Source of the DNA: a virus
Taxonomy: Duplodnaviria > Caudoviricetes
Virus record (IMG/VR): IMGVR_UViG_3300037067_021792
Strand: one strand, 5' to 3'
DNA length: 64,000 bases
The notes beneath the pieces are model-generated. The model had not been told where the DNA came from and searched no databases. It worked only from the letters and a program-made list of their open reading frames with translations. A program made the translations under genes and the position numbers. Positions 10,845 to 20,898 of this stretch are shown here, one piece after another (position 1 is the stretch's first letter; each line of letters starts with the position of its first letter).

Positions 10845-12014
10845 GTGGACAAAGATAAATATCTTTTTTGGATTTACGGCAATTACTATCAGTCTCACAA
10901 GGCGTGGGGAGATATATGTTCGAAAACTAAGGATGCCAGAATTGAAATATTAGATTGTGGACATAATCCAGATAACTCCACAGAAGATAATAGGGTTGTA
11001 ATGGCGGGGGGAGTTATTAAAGCATTAAAAAATAAAGATATCTTTGATAAGAGACCTCGCATAATCAAATTAAAAGGATTGCCCAGTGATTATACAATCA
11101 TTACGGACTATCTTCATCTGGTTAATAAGAAATGTGTTTTAGTGATAGATGCTTCCTTTGGGCACTATAAATCCAAGCGGTTTAATAGCGCCAAAACAAG
11201 TAATTTTTACAAAACCGTTAAAGCTGAGGGTAAAATACTTGAGTTTCCTCTTGAGGCCACCAGACACGATAGCGCCGTAAAATGGGTAAAAGATATAGCA
11301 CTAAATTTTGAAAAAAAAATAGATGATGATGCTGCTCAACTAGTTGTCGAAATGAAGGGCAGAAATCTAGATGCATTATATGCGGCGGTAGTCCTTCTGA
11401 GGGATTATCAGATTGGCAAGAATATCAAAAAGTCTGACGTTGAGACTGCCTGTGTCTCTACTTTTTTGAGAACGGTTTGGGATTTAATTGAAAGTATTTT
11501 TGCACAAGACTACAATAATGCGTTATTGCATATGCAGCGATTTTATCAGCTTTCAGAAGTTCCATCTGAATTTCCGTCTATGACGTATGAAATGCTTGGA
11601 GCACTGATGTATAAATTCCGGCCATTAGTTTTAATCAAAGACAGTATCAATGATAAAGACCCAACGTTTGACAATGTAAAGGCGGCACTGTTTGGCTATA
11701 AAAGAATTGATAAGAAGAACTCAGATGGAGAAGACGAAGATCAAAGCACCGAATATAAAGAAATGTATGACGATAGATTCATAGGAATGAGCTTACAGGA
11801 CAGTGGGTTTAATCGCATGCTCCGACTGTCCCGCGACCAGATTTATAGTAAATACTCTGAAATACTGGAAGTTCAGAAATATGTAAGAATCGAAGCTAGA
11901 AGCAATACGCAAATCAAAGAAGCACTAGATTCACTAATCATGGTTCTTTGCGGAACAATTACTCCATCGGTGTCAAAGCAAGTGCGTAAATATAAAGTAG
12001 ACTTGGAGGCATGA
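10845..12014 (+). CDS. holA: DNA polymerase III delta subunit (HolA-like)
   Basis: YLFWIYG start, WVKDIA..KKIDDDAAQLVVEMKGRNL, IKKSDVE, VWDLIESI. Confidence 0.75.
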   Translation: MDKDKYLFWIYGNYYQSHKAWGDICSKTKDARIEILDCGHNPDNSTEDNRVVMAGGVIKALKNKDIFDKRPRIIKLKGLPSDYTIITDYLHLVNKKCVLVIDASFGHYKSKRFNSAKTSNFYKTVKAEGKILEFPLEATRHDSAVKWVKDIALNFEKKIDDDAAQLVVEMKGRNLDALYAAVVLLRDYQIGKNIKKSDVETACVSTFLRTVWDLIESIFAQDYNNALLHMQRFYQLSEVPSEFPSMTYEMLGALMYKFRPLVLIKDSINDKDPTFDNVKAALFGYKRIDKKNSDGEDEDQSTEYKEMYDDRFIGMSLQDSGFNRMLRLSRDQIYSKYSEILEVQKYVRIEARSNTQIKEALDSLIMVLCGTITPSVSKQVRKYKVDLEA

Positions 12015-12218
12015 ATGTCAGAAGCAAAAGAAATAGAAGTTACAATAGATCAAGAGGGCAACATAGAAGTTGAGATGTTTGGGTATCACGGCAAAGGATG
12101 CCATGATATTCTACAAAAGATATCAGCTGCCCTCGGTAAGTCCATAAAGATTAGCAAAAAGCCAGATTTCTATAAGCCAGTTCAAAAGGAAAAGGTTAAA
12201 ATTGTAAGAGGCATGTAA
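12015..12218 (+). CDS. DUF2997-like small protein
   Basis: IEVTIDQEGNIEVE..G.HGKGC..AALG..KPDFY. Confidence 0.7.
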   Translation: MSEAKEIEVTIDQEGNIEVEMFGYHGKGCHDILQKISAALGKSIKISKKPDFYKPVQKEKVKIVRGM

Positions 12219-12232
12219 TTAGGAGAAATGTC

Positions 12233-13606
12233 GTGAAAAGAGTGTTGAGCATTTTGTTGGGATTGGTTTTTGCTAGTACTGCTTTTGCGCAGGCGGTTGT
12301 TTCGTCACTATCGATACTAGATAATGAGCCACTGGAATATGTGTCGGGAGATATCACTAATGACGATCCAACCTACGGTCCATGTGCTGGGTATTATTAT
12401 GATGACGCCTATGTGAATAGCTATTATGCGATTACTATTTATGTGGTTAATAATGGATATGAGGGATATGTTTCGATTCCATATTCTTCGTTCGAATACG
12501 ATTGGGATTATTGTCGATGGGAATATAATTTAAGTAGTCCAATTAGTATTAACGGAAGCAACAGCCAGCACCAGACTCGTCGAGTTGCTGTTTTAAATAA
12601 TTTGTTTGTTGGATTTAAGTTAAAATTGCCATATGAAATTAGATATTCATATTCTGCCGTATTAGATGAGATACCAGATGGTTTTGGCACACCAAGAACG
12701 CCAGATACCGGATTAATTTATATCATTCCCTCAGATGTTATTATTCCTTACGGCAGATATGAGGCACGGTGTCGGACAACTCATGGTGGAACTGACACGA
12801 ATGGCGATGGATTTCAAAATAATGCCATTGGGCAGGAAGCAAATGATCCATCTGGTGAAAATAGCATGGAATATTTCTATGTAGACAGTGAAACGGATAG
12901 ATTGTTTTTTGAGCGAGGATTTGCATGGTTGTCATGTGAAGACGATTCAATGATGTATTCTATACAGTCGCCATCTTATCCGGATTACTCTGAAATTCTA
13001 GATTCTAGTATTTTCATGTTTGGTATTTACAATGTACTGGAAACATCTTGTGGTGACAACATTTCGGGGACCGAAGTTTTTAATTTAATGCGACGATTGA
13101 TGGTGGACGCTTCGGCTTATGACTGTCTTACCCTGGAGCCCATGCAAGGGGTCACAATTCACGGTTTGCCGGGTGATCCACAAACTGATGAAAACGGTAG
13201 AGTTTTGGTCACAGTTGAATACGGTTGGAGTAGTCCTGGCATTTTTCCGACCACTTCTGATACGTGTGATTATTTTGTGCCAACATCTGCGGGTCCAATT
13301 GAAAACCTAACTGTAGATCTGGTCGATAGCCTTAATTTTTGTAGACTTAAGTATCTATTCGAAATAACCGGGAGAGTAACAGATGAATCTAATAATGGGA
13401 TAGGTGAAGTTTGGATGGATGGGCTGGGGCATCCTACAGATATGGATGGATACTATTATGGTGGTATTACTTCTATTATAGAATGTGGTTGGACAATAAC
13501 GGTTACTCCCATAAAGGAAGGGTATAGTTTTACACCGCAAAGCAGATATTACGAAAATATCCATGAAAACTACGTCAACCAGGACTACGTTGGCACTCAA
13601 GAATGA
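12233..13606 (+). CDS. Secreted acidic protein with C-terminal carboxypeptidase-regulatory/Ig-like modules
   Basis: Signal peptide ending AFA-Q; ITGRVTD..TD.DGYY..VTPIKEGYSFTP..NQDY. Confidence 0.7.
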   Translation: MKRVLSILLGLVFASTAFAQAVVSSLSILDNEPLEYVSGDITNDDPTYGPCAGYYYDDAYVNSYYAITIYVVNNGYEGYVSIPYSSFEYDWDYCRWEYNLSSPISINGSNSQHQTRRVAVLNNLFVGFKLKLPYEIRYSYSAVLDEIPDGFGTPRTPDTGLIYIIPSDVIIPYGRYEARCRTTHGGTDTNGDGFQNNAIGQEANDPSGENSMEYFYVDSETDRLFFERGFAWLSCEDDSMMYSIQSPSYPDYSEILDSSIFMFGIYNVLETSCGDNISGTEVFNLMRRLMVDASAYDCLTLEPMQGVTIHGLPGDPQTDENGRVLVTVEYGWSSPGIFPTTSDTCDYFVPTSAGPIENLTVDLVDSLNFCRLKYLFEITGRVTDESNNGIGEVWMDGLGHPTDMDGYYYGGITSIIECGWTITVTPIKEGYSFTPQSRYYENIHENYVNQDYVGTQE

Positions 13607-13770
13607 CTAAAAACATGAACATCAGTATTCACTTTGAGCCAAAAGATATTTGGATTGGAGTATTTTGGGATACAATCCCATTGCCCGATCACATGGAGGA
13701 GGTATTCGTATACATTTGTCTATTACCCTGCCTGCCTATTTGTATTAGATGGGAAAGAGACACGGATTGA
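13603..13770 (+). CDS. Small hypothetical protein (55 aa, below ORF-track cutoff)
   Basis: MTKNMNISIHFEPKDIWIGVFW...ICLLPCLPI; ATGA overlap with upstream gene. Confidence 0.55.
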   Translation: MTKNMNISIHFEPKDIWIGVFWDTIPLPDHMEEVFVYICLLPCLPICIRWERDTD

Positions 13771-13786
13771 ATATAGGAGAATTATT

Positions 13787-14602
13787 ATGCAAAATCCAGA
13801 TGTTGGAGTCATTGGTTGCGGATTTGTAGGTGGAGCAGTTTCGAGAGCTTTTAGTCCGTATACTAATATTAAGGTTTATGATAAAAGACCGGAATTCTGT
13901 TCACACTCTTTGAAAGAAGTTTGTAGTTCTGATTTTGTATTCATTTGTGTGCCGACGCCTATGAGTGTAGATGGTTCATGCGATATATCGATTTTAGAAT
14001 CAGTCTGCCAAGATATCTGCAAAGCTGGCGTTATGGAAAAAACTGTATTTATACACAAATCTACAGTCCCGGTTGGCACCACAACAATGCTAGGTAAAAA
14101 GTATGGGCTTAAACTTATTTTTAGTCCAGAATTTCTCACCGCTCGGCACGCAGATATTGATTTTTTGATGGCGAATAGAAACATTTTGGGCGGTAATCCT
14201 GAATGGGTTGAAAAGGTATCTGCGCTTTTTCAGCACCGATTTCCTAATCGTCCAATTATACGTATGACAGCCGAGGAAGCCGAAGCTGTGAAATACACTG
14301 TTAATTGTTTTCTGGCTACAGTCGTGATATTCTTTAATGAAATTAAATTAGGACTATGCGATAAATATGGATTGGATTACAGCAGAGTTCTTGGGCAAGT
14401 CATGTCGGATGGTCGAATAGGGTATAGTCATGCTCAAGTTCCGGGGATTGATGGCGATTGTGGGTTCGGTGGGAGCTGTTTTCCAAAGGACCTTAACTCA
14501 TTAATTTGTCAGATGGAACAGAAGGGATTTGATCCTAAATTACTAAAAGCTTGCTGGCAACAAAATCTTGTCGTCAGAAAGCACAGAGACTGGGAACATT
14601 GA
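13787..14602 (+). CDS. UDP-glucose/GDP-mannose dehydrogenase family protein (short phage form)
   Basis: GCGFVG, FICVPTP, KSTVPVGT, SPEFL, GFGGSCFPKD; AGGAG RBS before ATG 13787. Confidence 0.9.
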   Translation: MQNPDVGVIGCGFVGGAVSRAFSPYTNIKVYDKRPEFCSHSLKEVCSSDFVFICVPTPMSVDGSCDISILESVCQDICKAGVMEKTVFIHKSTVPVGTTTMLGKKYGLKLIFSPEFLTARHADIDFLMANRNILGGNPEWVEKVSALFQHRFPNRPIIRMTAEEAEAVKYTVNCFLATVVIFFNEIKLGLCDKYGLDYSRVLGQVMSDGRIGYSHAQVPGIDGDCGFGGSCFPKDLNSLICQMEQKGFDPKLLKACWQQNLVVRKHRDWEH

Positions 14603-14624
14603 TTAAAATATCGGAGAATTGCTA

Positions 14625-15158
14625 ATGAAAATTCGTAGCGGTTTTGTATCAAACAGCTCGTCCTCATCATTTTTGGTTCCACTAGATAAATTCAAAAATG
14701 TGTTTGACCTAGCACGTAAAATGATTGCATTACGAAATAAAGATTGGAATGAAGATGGTTTTGAAACTGGACCAGAATTGTTTGAAGTTATTGACGACCT
14801 AGAACAGAGCGGGATGGATCCCAATACTTCAGTTTCGTTTCCTACGACAAATTATAATACTTGGATTATTCAAACTCCGGATGGATATTTGGTTGATACT
14901 TGCAATAATCACGATTGGATATTTGAAGGAGTTCGAGCAGAGCATATATGGGATTTTAATATTCCAGGATATACCGAGAAAGACGGTCATAGATTGCAAG
15001 ACAATAGGGTTTATTTTTTGCATTTAGGATTGTTCGGTAAATTGGTTAAAGGTCATAGGTGGTATGATACTTGCAAAAATTGTAGTGGATATTTGTTAAA
15101 GCTCGATGACGATAGCGTTATTTGTCCAGTGTGCAAAGGTTTGGGGGATATTTGGTGA
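14625..15158 (+). CDS. MKIRxxFVSNSSS-family protein (paralog 2)
   Basis: MKIRSGFVSNSSSSSF; TCNNHDW; C-terminal zinc ribbon. Confidence 0.75.
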   Translation: MKIRSGFVSNSSSSSFLVPLDKFKNVFDLARKMIALRNKDWNEDGFETGPELFEVIDDLEQSGMDPNTSVSFPTTNYNTWIIQTPDGYLVDTCNNHDWIFEGVRAEHIWDFNIPGYTEKDGHRLQDNRVYFLHLGLFGKLVKGHRWYDTCKNCSGYLLKLDDDSVICPVCKGLGDIW

Positions 15159-15549
15159 TAAACATCGAATTTGACGTTTTGGAGGATAGTCATGATTGAA
15201 CAGGATTTGTTGAACGCGATTAAGCAACTAACGGAAGCTATTAATAATCTTTATAAGGTAACCGAGGAATTCTCGAAGGCGAATAAGGCGAATGCTGCCA
15301 ACTTGGTGAGTATTAGGGATTCTCTGCGAAGAGCAGAAACAGAAAGGGTCGTTTACTAATGGATATTGAATTTGAAATATTAGAAGATGGAAGCGTTCTG
15401 ATTAATAGGCAGAATCAGGATTATAATGATATGGTCCGGAAGTTTTTTAGTGGTATAATTGAAGATGAGGAAGCACTAAATTCATTTCTTTCCGCAACGG
15501 AAAATGTTGAAATAGTTTTTGGCCCACACACAATGTGCGGATAAATTTC

Positions 15550-15577
15550 AAGGATTATAGTCCACAAACGGTATAAT
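15550..15577 (+). promoter_or_regulatory. Class-2 promoter candidate
   Basis: AAGGA-N16-GTATAAT upstream of ruvC. Confidence 0.5.
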
Positions 15578-15588
15578 GTAATATCGTT

Positions 15589-16188
15589 ATGGACTTTAAT
15601 CTTAAGAAAATTGCGTCATTTGATCCAGCATCACAGAAAAACATCGGTTGGAGTCTCTGCGAAGTTCTGTGTAAAGACGGTAAATTTGACATAACCCGAT
15701 GTGTTGCAGATACTTTCGTGATGGATGAATATGATAACAGATGGGCATGTTATTGGCCCATGTTTCAGAAAATAGAACAATTCCTGAGCGAAAATAAACC
15801 AGATATTTTAATCATGGAGAAGACCAGTGTTTTTGCTGGTGGATTCGTGACGGGTCAGGTGGCCCAATGCATGGGTGCTATTTTTGTTGCCGCAGGTAAA
15901 TACGGAATAAAGGATATTGTTTTCGTATATCCTACGTCAGTTAAGAAAACAGTAGCAGGGCATGGCAAGTCTACCAAATCGCAAATTAAACGAGCTGTTA
16001 ACTATTTGACTAAGAGCTTTGAATGTGGGCAGTCGAAGCTGTCGTCTGATCACGCCTATGACGCTGTTGCGAATATATTATTCTACCTAATAGAAGAAAA
16101 ATATATTGATCCTTTAACGTCATTTCCGTGGTTAACCGCAAAACAACTGAAAACGAGGAAAAATAATGGCAAAGTCAAAAAAACTTAG
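15589..16188 (+). CDS. ruvC: Holliday junction resolvase RuvC-like
   Basis: SFDPA..IGWS, PDILIME, PTSVKKTVAGHGKSTKSQI, DHAYDAVA. Confidence 0.85.
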   Translation: MDFNLKKIASFDPASQKNIGWSLCEVLCKDGKFDITRCVADTFVMDEYDNRWACYWPMFQKIEQFLSENKPDILIMEKTSVFAGGFVTGQVAQCMGAIFVAAGKYGIKDIVFVYPTSVKKTVAGHGKSTKSQIKRAVNYLTKSFECGQSKLSSDHAYDAVANILFYLIEEKYIDPLTSFPWLTAKQLKTRKNNGKVKKT

Positions 16189-16984
16189 CGAAGATTACGC
16201 GATTAAGCACGAAATAGAAGAAAGCCTCAAAACCTCTAATTATCTAGACAAAGTTGCCGAAGTGCTAGAAAAGGGAGGATCAATTGGTGAAGGCATAGTT
16301 CCTGACTACTCCGGAAATTCTGGTGGTTTAACTAAAAGCAAAGGTGGTATGACTGTTGGGCACAGTACTGCCAATGAGAGCAGTTCATTAATACCGATCA
16401 CTACCGATATGCTTTTTAATGCTGCTACTACAGCACTTAATACTGAGCAAATGGCGTGGGCCATAAACAATGATCCAATGGCATCTGCCGATTCATATAA
16501 AACAAAAACTAAAACAGCTGCAACTGAAGCACCAGATGTAGAATATGATGGGCCGAAAATATCTAAAGCCCAGTGGAATGCTATACAAAAATATCCTGCT
16601 CTTATTGAGCTACTTGGCACCTCCAAGGGCGATTCTATTGTAAAAGAAATTGCCGCCAAAGTGAATGTTATGATGATAGAAAAACTAGCAGAAAATGCCA
16701 AGTCTGTTAGTAAGTATGCCGATAAGTGTATTGTAGACAGGAAGAATATTAAACAATATTTCGTCGGCGAAAATAATGAGTGGGCCTGTCAAGTCACTGC
16801 TAATGGGCCATTTCGTGGGAATGAAGCAATATATTACGATCCAGAAAAAGAGGATGCGTATATCCTCAGATTGTCCGATAATGCATGGGTAGATGTCACT
16901 GATGAATTCAATGTGGTGCACGATTTTGCTAGCACCGAAAAAGTTAAAGATTCACCAGAGAACATCCCAGATATTGTGGAGTAA
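16166..16984 (+). CDS. Hypothetical protein, possibly virion-associated
   Basis: 272-aa ORF with KTAA motif. Confidence 0.55.
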   Translation: MAKSKKLSEDYAIKHEIEESLKTSNYLDKVAEVLEKGGSIGEGIVPDYSGNSGGLTKSKGGMTVGHSTANESSSLIPITTDMLFNAATTALNTEQMAWAINNDPMASADSYKTKTKTAATEAPDVEYDGPKISKAQWNAIQKYPALIELLGTSKGDSIVKEIAAKVNVMMIEKLAENAKSVSKYADKCIVDRKNIKQYFVGENNEWACQVTANGPFRGNEAIYYDPEKEDAYILRLSDNAWVDVTDEFNVVHDFASTEKVKDSPENIPDIVE

Positions 16985-16987
16985 ACG

Positions 16988-17329
16988 ATGAGAATAATTT
17001 TTGTTTTATTGGTTTCACTGTTGCTTTTTGTAGGATGTGCCAAGAATGGCTCGGTGGAATATATTCAAGTGGTTCATGACCATAAAGTGTTAACAAATGA
17101 AACACTAGATGCTGTCGTGGCATCTATACAAGATGATGTTGCAAACATTAGATCGGCAGGAAAGTTAACCCCAGAGATCGAGACGAGTGCTCAGCAGCTA
17201 ATTGATAGACTCATTGTGATCAAAATGCAGAGTACTGTTATGTCTAATTATGTTGATACTATTATTGTTGATGAAGAGCTATTATCTCAACTAGTAAGGG
17301 CTAGGTGGGATGAATCTCGTGAATACTAA
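16988..17329 (+). CDS. Lipoprotein
   Basis: Hydrophobic signal plus LFVGC. Confidence 0.65.
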   Translation: MRIIFVLLVSLLLFVGCAKNGSVEYIQVVHDHKVLTNETLDAVVASIQDDVANIRSAGKLTPEIETSAQQLIDRLIVIKMQSTVMSNYVDTIIVDEELLSQLVRARWDESREY

Positions 17330-17521
17330 GGAGGAATTATATGTTTAAGGAATTGTTTTTGAATGTGAGAATATGGTTTGCTTGTTTGTTTTTGAGCAAA
17401 AAAGAGGCAAAGGTAATTCGACGTGCTCTGTCTAAACCTAGCCAAAAAGGAATATGCACAAATAGTTCAGAAATCTATGTGGGACGGAACATTTTGGAAT
17501 GTCATGATGGGTAAAAACCAT

Positions 17522-17806
17522 ATGCCAGATGATCAAGTGGCTATTATTAAAATGTCAGAAGAATATGCCGGTATTGTTCCCGAGGAGAAGTCTGTTTATA
17601 TATCAGGCCGCAAGCCGGATAAAAGTGAAATTCGACCAAAATTCACCAAACAATTTAATGAGAAGTCCGCATCTGTACTTGAGTCCATTGTTGGGCTACA
17701 ATCAGATGAGGAAAACGAAGTTACTTTAAATGTTGCACCGGAAACTCAAGTTATTAGTATGAGGCCGGGATATTCTAGAAAAAAGGACGGAAAGTATGTA
17801 CGTTAA
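17522..17806 (+). CDS. Hypothetical protein
   Basis: ORF; likely start MPDDQ. Confidence 0.5.
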   Translation: MPDDQVAIIKMSEEYAGIVPEEKSVYISGRKPDKSEIRPKFTKQFNEKSASVLESIVGLQSDEENEVTLNVAPETQVISMRPGYSRKKDGKYVR

Positions 17807-17982
17807 CCCGAGCCCGAGAAAAAAGAGAATGAAGTGATATGTCGGCCTGGATTATATTGTGCTGCTGGTGGAGATGGTGCTACGGCAAGTGTGAATGTTC
17901 CTCTTTCAACTGAATCGGGAACACCTGATAATAAAATTAAACGAGTGACCTCTAGGGATACGGAATAAATAGGAGATAAGTC

Positions 17983-18546
17983 ATGGGATTCTTAAATGCA
18001 TATTTGAAAAACCACATCCTTGATACAATGCCTGATTCACAACAGGCCAATTTGGAGAAATTAGAAAAGGTAGAACAAAATCTTGAAAATCAGATATCCG
18101 GAACATCTGGAACATTGAATTTTGAAGAAATTGTTAAACAGCACGGTCCAGAAATTGCTGATTTGGTAAGTCGAGCGTCAGAGGCATTTAAGAATATAGA
18201 ATTCTCATTTTCGAAGTTTCGTGTTATCATTAATATTGGTGTTGAAGTGTACCAAATGGTCGAGGAGATGGGTAGCTCAATTGTAACTGACACAATGACT
18301 CCCGAAGAGAAACAAATGGCGAAAATCAAATTTGGACAAGAGTTGATTTATTTTATTTATTTAACTATAGACCCGCTCAAAAACGTCTTAAATTGGGTTC
18401 CGTTTAAGTCTACTCTTGAAAAGAAAATTGTTAAATGGCTCTCTGGATTATCTTTGTCTGCTGCTGTTGATTTTCTCAAGTCTAAGGGGATCGAGATAAT
18501 GTCAGTAAACAGAGTTAAAGCATTGCCGGATGTTCCGAAATGTTAA
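17983..18546 (+). CDS. Hypothetical helical protein
   Basis: AGGAG RBS, 187 aa. Confidence 0.6.
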   Translation: MGFLNAYLKNHILDTMPDSQQANLEKLEKVEQNLENQISGTSGTLNFEEIVKQHGPEIADLVSRASEAFKNIEFSFSKFRVIINIGVEVYQMVEEMGSSIVTDTMTPEEKQMAKIKFGQELIYFIYLTIDPLKNVLNWVPFKSTLEKKIVKWLSGLSLSAAVDFLKSKGIEIMSVNRVKALPDVPKC

Positions 18547-18914
18547 ATTGGTTTAGTAGATTAGCAATGTCTGATCGTATGCGGATTGAAAATAACATAA
18601 CCCGCCTGATATCATTGCAATCTATGGTCCACGACTTGGCCTTCTTCGCTGTCGCGTCCCAAAGCGGTGGATGGCAAGCACTAAATAGTCTTTTAGAAGA
18701 CAGAACCATCCTGGGACGCCCAAAAGTTCATCAAAAGTTAAAGAGCGCCTTAATTGGTGAGAATAACCAAAAATTAGTTCTTGATGCACCAACAAAATTT
18801 CAGGGAATTATGCTTGAGGCTGAAGAGCTTATTAAAAAAGAGGTTATAATCGAAAAGAGGAAACTAAAAGAACTTTTGGGAGATGAGTACGAAGAACAAA
18901 AAATCGGAACGTGA
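18540..18914 (+). CDS. Hypothetical protein with N-terminal WFSRLA motif
   Basis: MLNWFSRLAMS. Confidence 0.6.
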   Translation: MLNWFSRLAMSDRMRIENNITRLISLQSMVHDLAFFAVASQSGGWQALNSLLEDRTILGRPKVHQKLKSALIGENNQKLVLDAPTKFQGIMLEAEELIKKEVIIEKRKLKELLGDEYEEQKIGT

Positions 18915-19045
18915 TGCTTTTTTACAAAGCCAAATTGATTTCTTGATGGAACAGTTAAGATCTGGGTTTATTAACGTTCCTCAGTTTCTAAAATTATTAG
19001 AAATGACGTATGGAGATTATCTAGAACTACACCCGGAGCCCGCAT

Positions 19046-19723
19046 ATGACGAATTCAGACCAGAACCTTGAGATAGAACTGCTTCCTGATCCCAAACCAT
19101 ACGAAAAGCTATTTCAGGAAATTTCCAAATTAGATCCAGATGATATAGTTTACAGAGTTGGTTGTAAATTCTGCGAGCATCCAGCCAGGGCAGATGCAGA
19201 GGAAGTCTTTGAACGAACACGCAGTTATACGCCGGTCTTTAAATTCTTTCGAGATTTCAAGGCGAAACACCCACAATCATGTCCGATGTCCGTGCAGAAC
19301 ATCAGAAATCATTGTCTCAACCACTATAATTTGCAAGAACAAAAGATATGGATGAGGGAATATTCCCAAAAAATATCTCTATTTATGAATAATAAAATAG
19401 ATACCGAGAAAAGGCTAAATGCCATTAAATCTATTATGGAGGAGAAGCTATTATCAATTGCGAGTAATCCAATGATAGATGAAGTTAAAGCCGCTGATAT
19501 AATCATTAAATTGGCAAAACAAATTGTAGAGATAGATATTTCTCAGGCTAAATTGAAGGGTGAATTAAAATCAGTCAATATAGTTATTGACAAGTTTATG
19601 AATGTTTGGAGCCATTTGGCTCAAGAATATAAGACCCCAGAAGCCAAGCAGATTATCATGGATGGATTGGCAATGTTCGAGGAGCACTTAACAGGTGTCA
19701 ATCTCATAGAACAAGGTGAATGA
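19046..19723 (+). CDS. Zinc-finger/helical protein
   Basis: CKFCEHP...NHCLNH followed by coiled coil. Confidence 0.6.
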   Translation: MTNSDQNLEIELLPDPKPYEKLFQEISKLDPDDIVYRVGCKFCEHPARADAEEVFERTRSYTPVFKFFRDFKAKHPQSCPMSVQNIRNHCLNHYNLQEQKIWMREYSQKISLFMNNKIDTEKRLNAIKSIMEEKLLSIASNPMIDEVKAADIIIKLAKQIVEIDISQAKLKGELKSVNIVIDKFMNVWSHLAQEYKTPEAKQIIMDGLAMFEEHLTGVNLIEQGE

Positions 19724-19902
19724 TGAGATACTGTTCGGTATGCGGGAGGGCGCTAAGAGTTACAGAGGGCGATATCGGGCCAGTATGTTCTCGCAGAAAC
19801 AAATATCGCACAGCAAAGGTTAAGCCGAGAGTTTCTAAGAAAGCCTATTTAAGACTGGTTAAGCGAAAGGATATTTTTGTCGATGGACAGAGAAAAGGCT
19901 AA
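19720..19902 (+). CDS. DUF6011-like zinc-finger protein
   Basis: CSVCGRAL...IGPVC. Confidence 0.6.
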   Translation: MMRYCSVCGRALRVTEGDIGPVCSRRNKYRTAKVKPRVSKKAYLRLVKRKDIFVDGQRKG

Positions 19903-20121
19903 GAAACAGATTCAGATTCTTCGCAATAAGCAATTAATGCGACAAACCGTCCAGCCAAAAAAGAAGGAAATACAGGTCCAAAATGGTGTAGTTCGAGTAG
20001 AAGGCAGAGTCATAAAGCAACAAACAATGGCTCCACCAACTGCTGCGCCCAGCAAAAAGCTAGATGAAAAAATCATAGCCGAGTCTGCAAGGCTTAATAC
20101 TGAAAAGAAGAAAGTAGGAGG

Positions 20122-20895
20122 ATGCACGGGATGCCGTCGAAAATTAGGTCATTAACCAAAGAATCAATTGCGGTATATAACCCCTCGGACCCATTTGAAC
20201 AAATGGTGCAGAGTGCATCCAAAAAGTATACAGGCGATTGGCTTTCAATGTATCAATGCAAATTAGTAGCAAAAGCTATACTAAGTCTCAAATCCTTTGA
20301 AGAAACATGGAGTGATAGCACCGAATTGCTGCAACAGAGAGTGTCTTACTTCTTCAGTGATGCTTTTACTAAAAACAAGAATTATGTTGTTTTTCTCACC
20401 TTCCCTCTGTTCGTGAGAGATATACTTGAGAACCGAGAAATTAATTCTTATATTCATGATCCGGTAGTGTTCATGACTATTTCTTTGTCTCATTTTTTGT
20501 TCAAGGAATATCCAGTGCATATGTATATTGATGCCAACGCTCTTCGGGCAGAAAATGGCGGCATTAAACTCATGGAGATCGGCGGTTTATTTATATCCGA
20601 CGGTGAAAATGTAAGTGTTAATTCGTGTATATCAAAAATAATTTCAACTGATGCAGAAAGTGCTCCACAACTCAAGGCGGCGGCTACAAATTTAGGAGAA
20701 GGCATATTCAAAATAGACGAACACGAAAGAAAGATAATGCCAGATACAGAAGTGTGGGACAAATACAAGAGGGTTGTAGCTCGCATTTTTACCGTAGAGC
20801 CCGGAGAGACAGGCGAAGTCGGTATTCGGTATGATGACGGCAATGAGACAATGATATCAAAACTTTATTTTGACAATCATTTTGTCTGCATTTAG
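20122..20895 (+). CDS. Hypothetical protein
   Basis: 257-aa ORF ending in TAG. Confidence 0.6.
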   Translation: MHGMPSKIRSLTKESIAVYNPSDPFEQMVQSASKKYTGDWLSMYQCKLVAKAILSLKSFEETWSDSTELLQQRVSYFFSDAFTKNKNYVVFLTFPLFVRDILENREINSYIHDPVVFMTISLSHFLFKEYPVHMYIDANALRAENGGIKLMEIGGLFISDGENVSVNSCISKIISTDAESAPQLKAAATNLGEGIFKIDEHERKIMPDTEVWDKYKRVVARIFTVEPGETGEVGIRYDDGNETMISKLYFDNHFVCI

Positions 20896-20898
20896 GCG

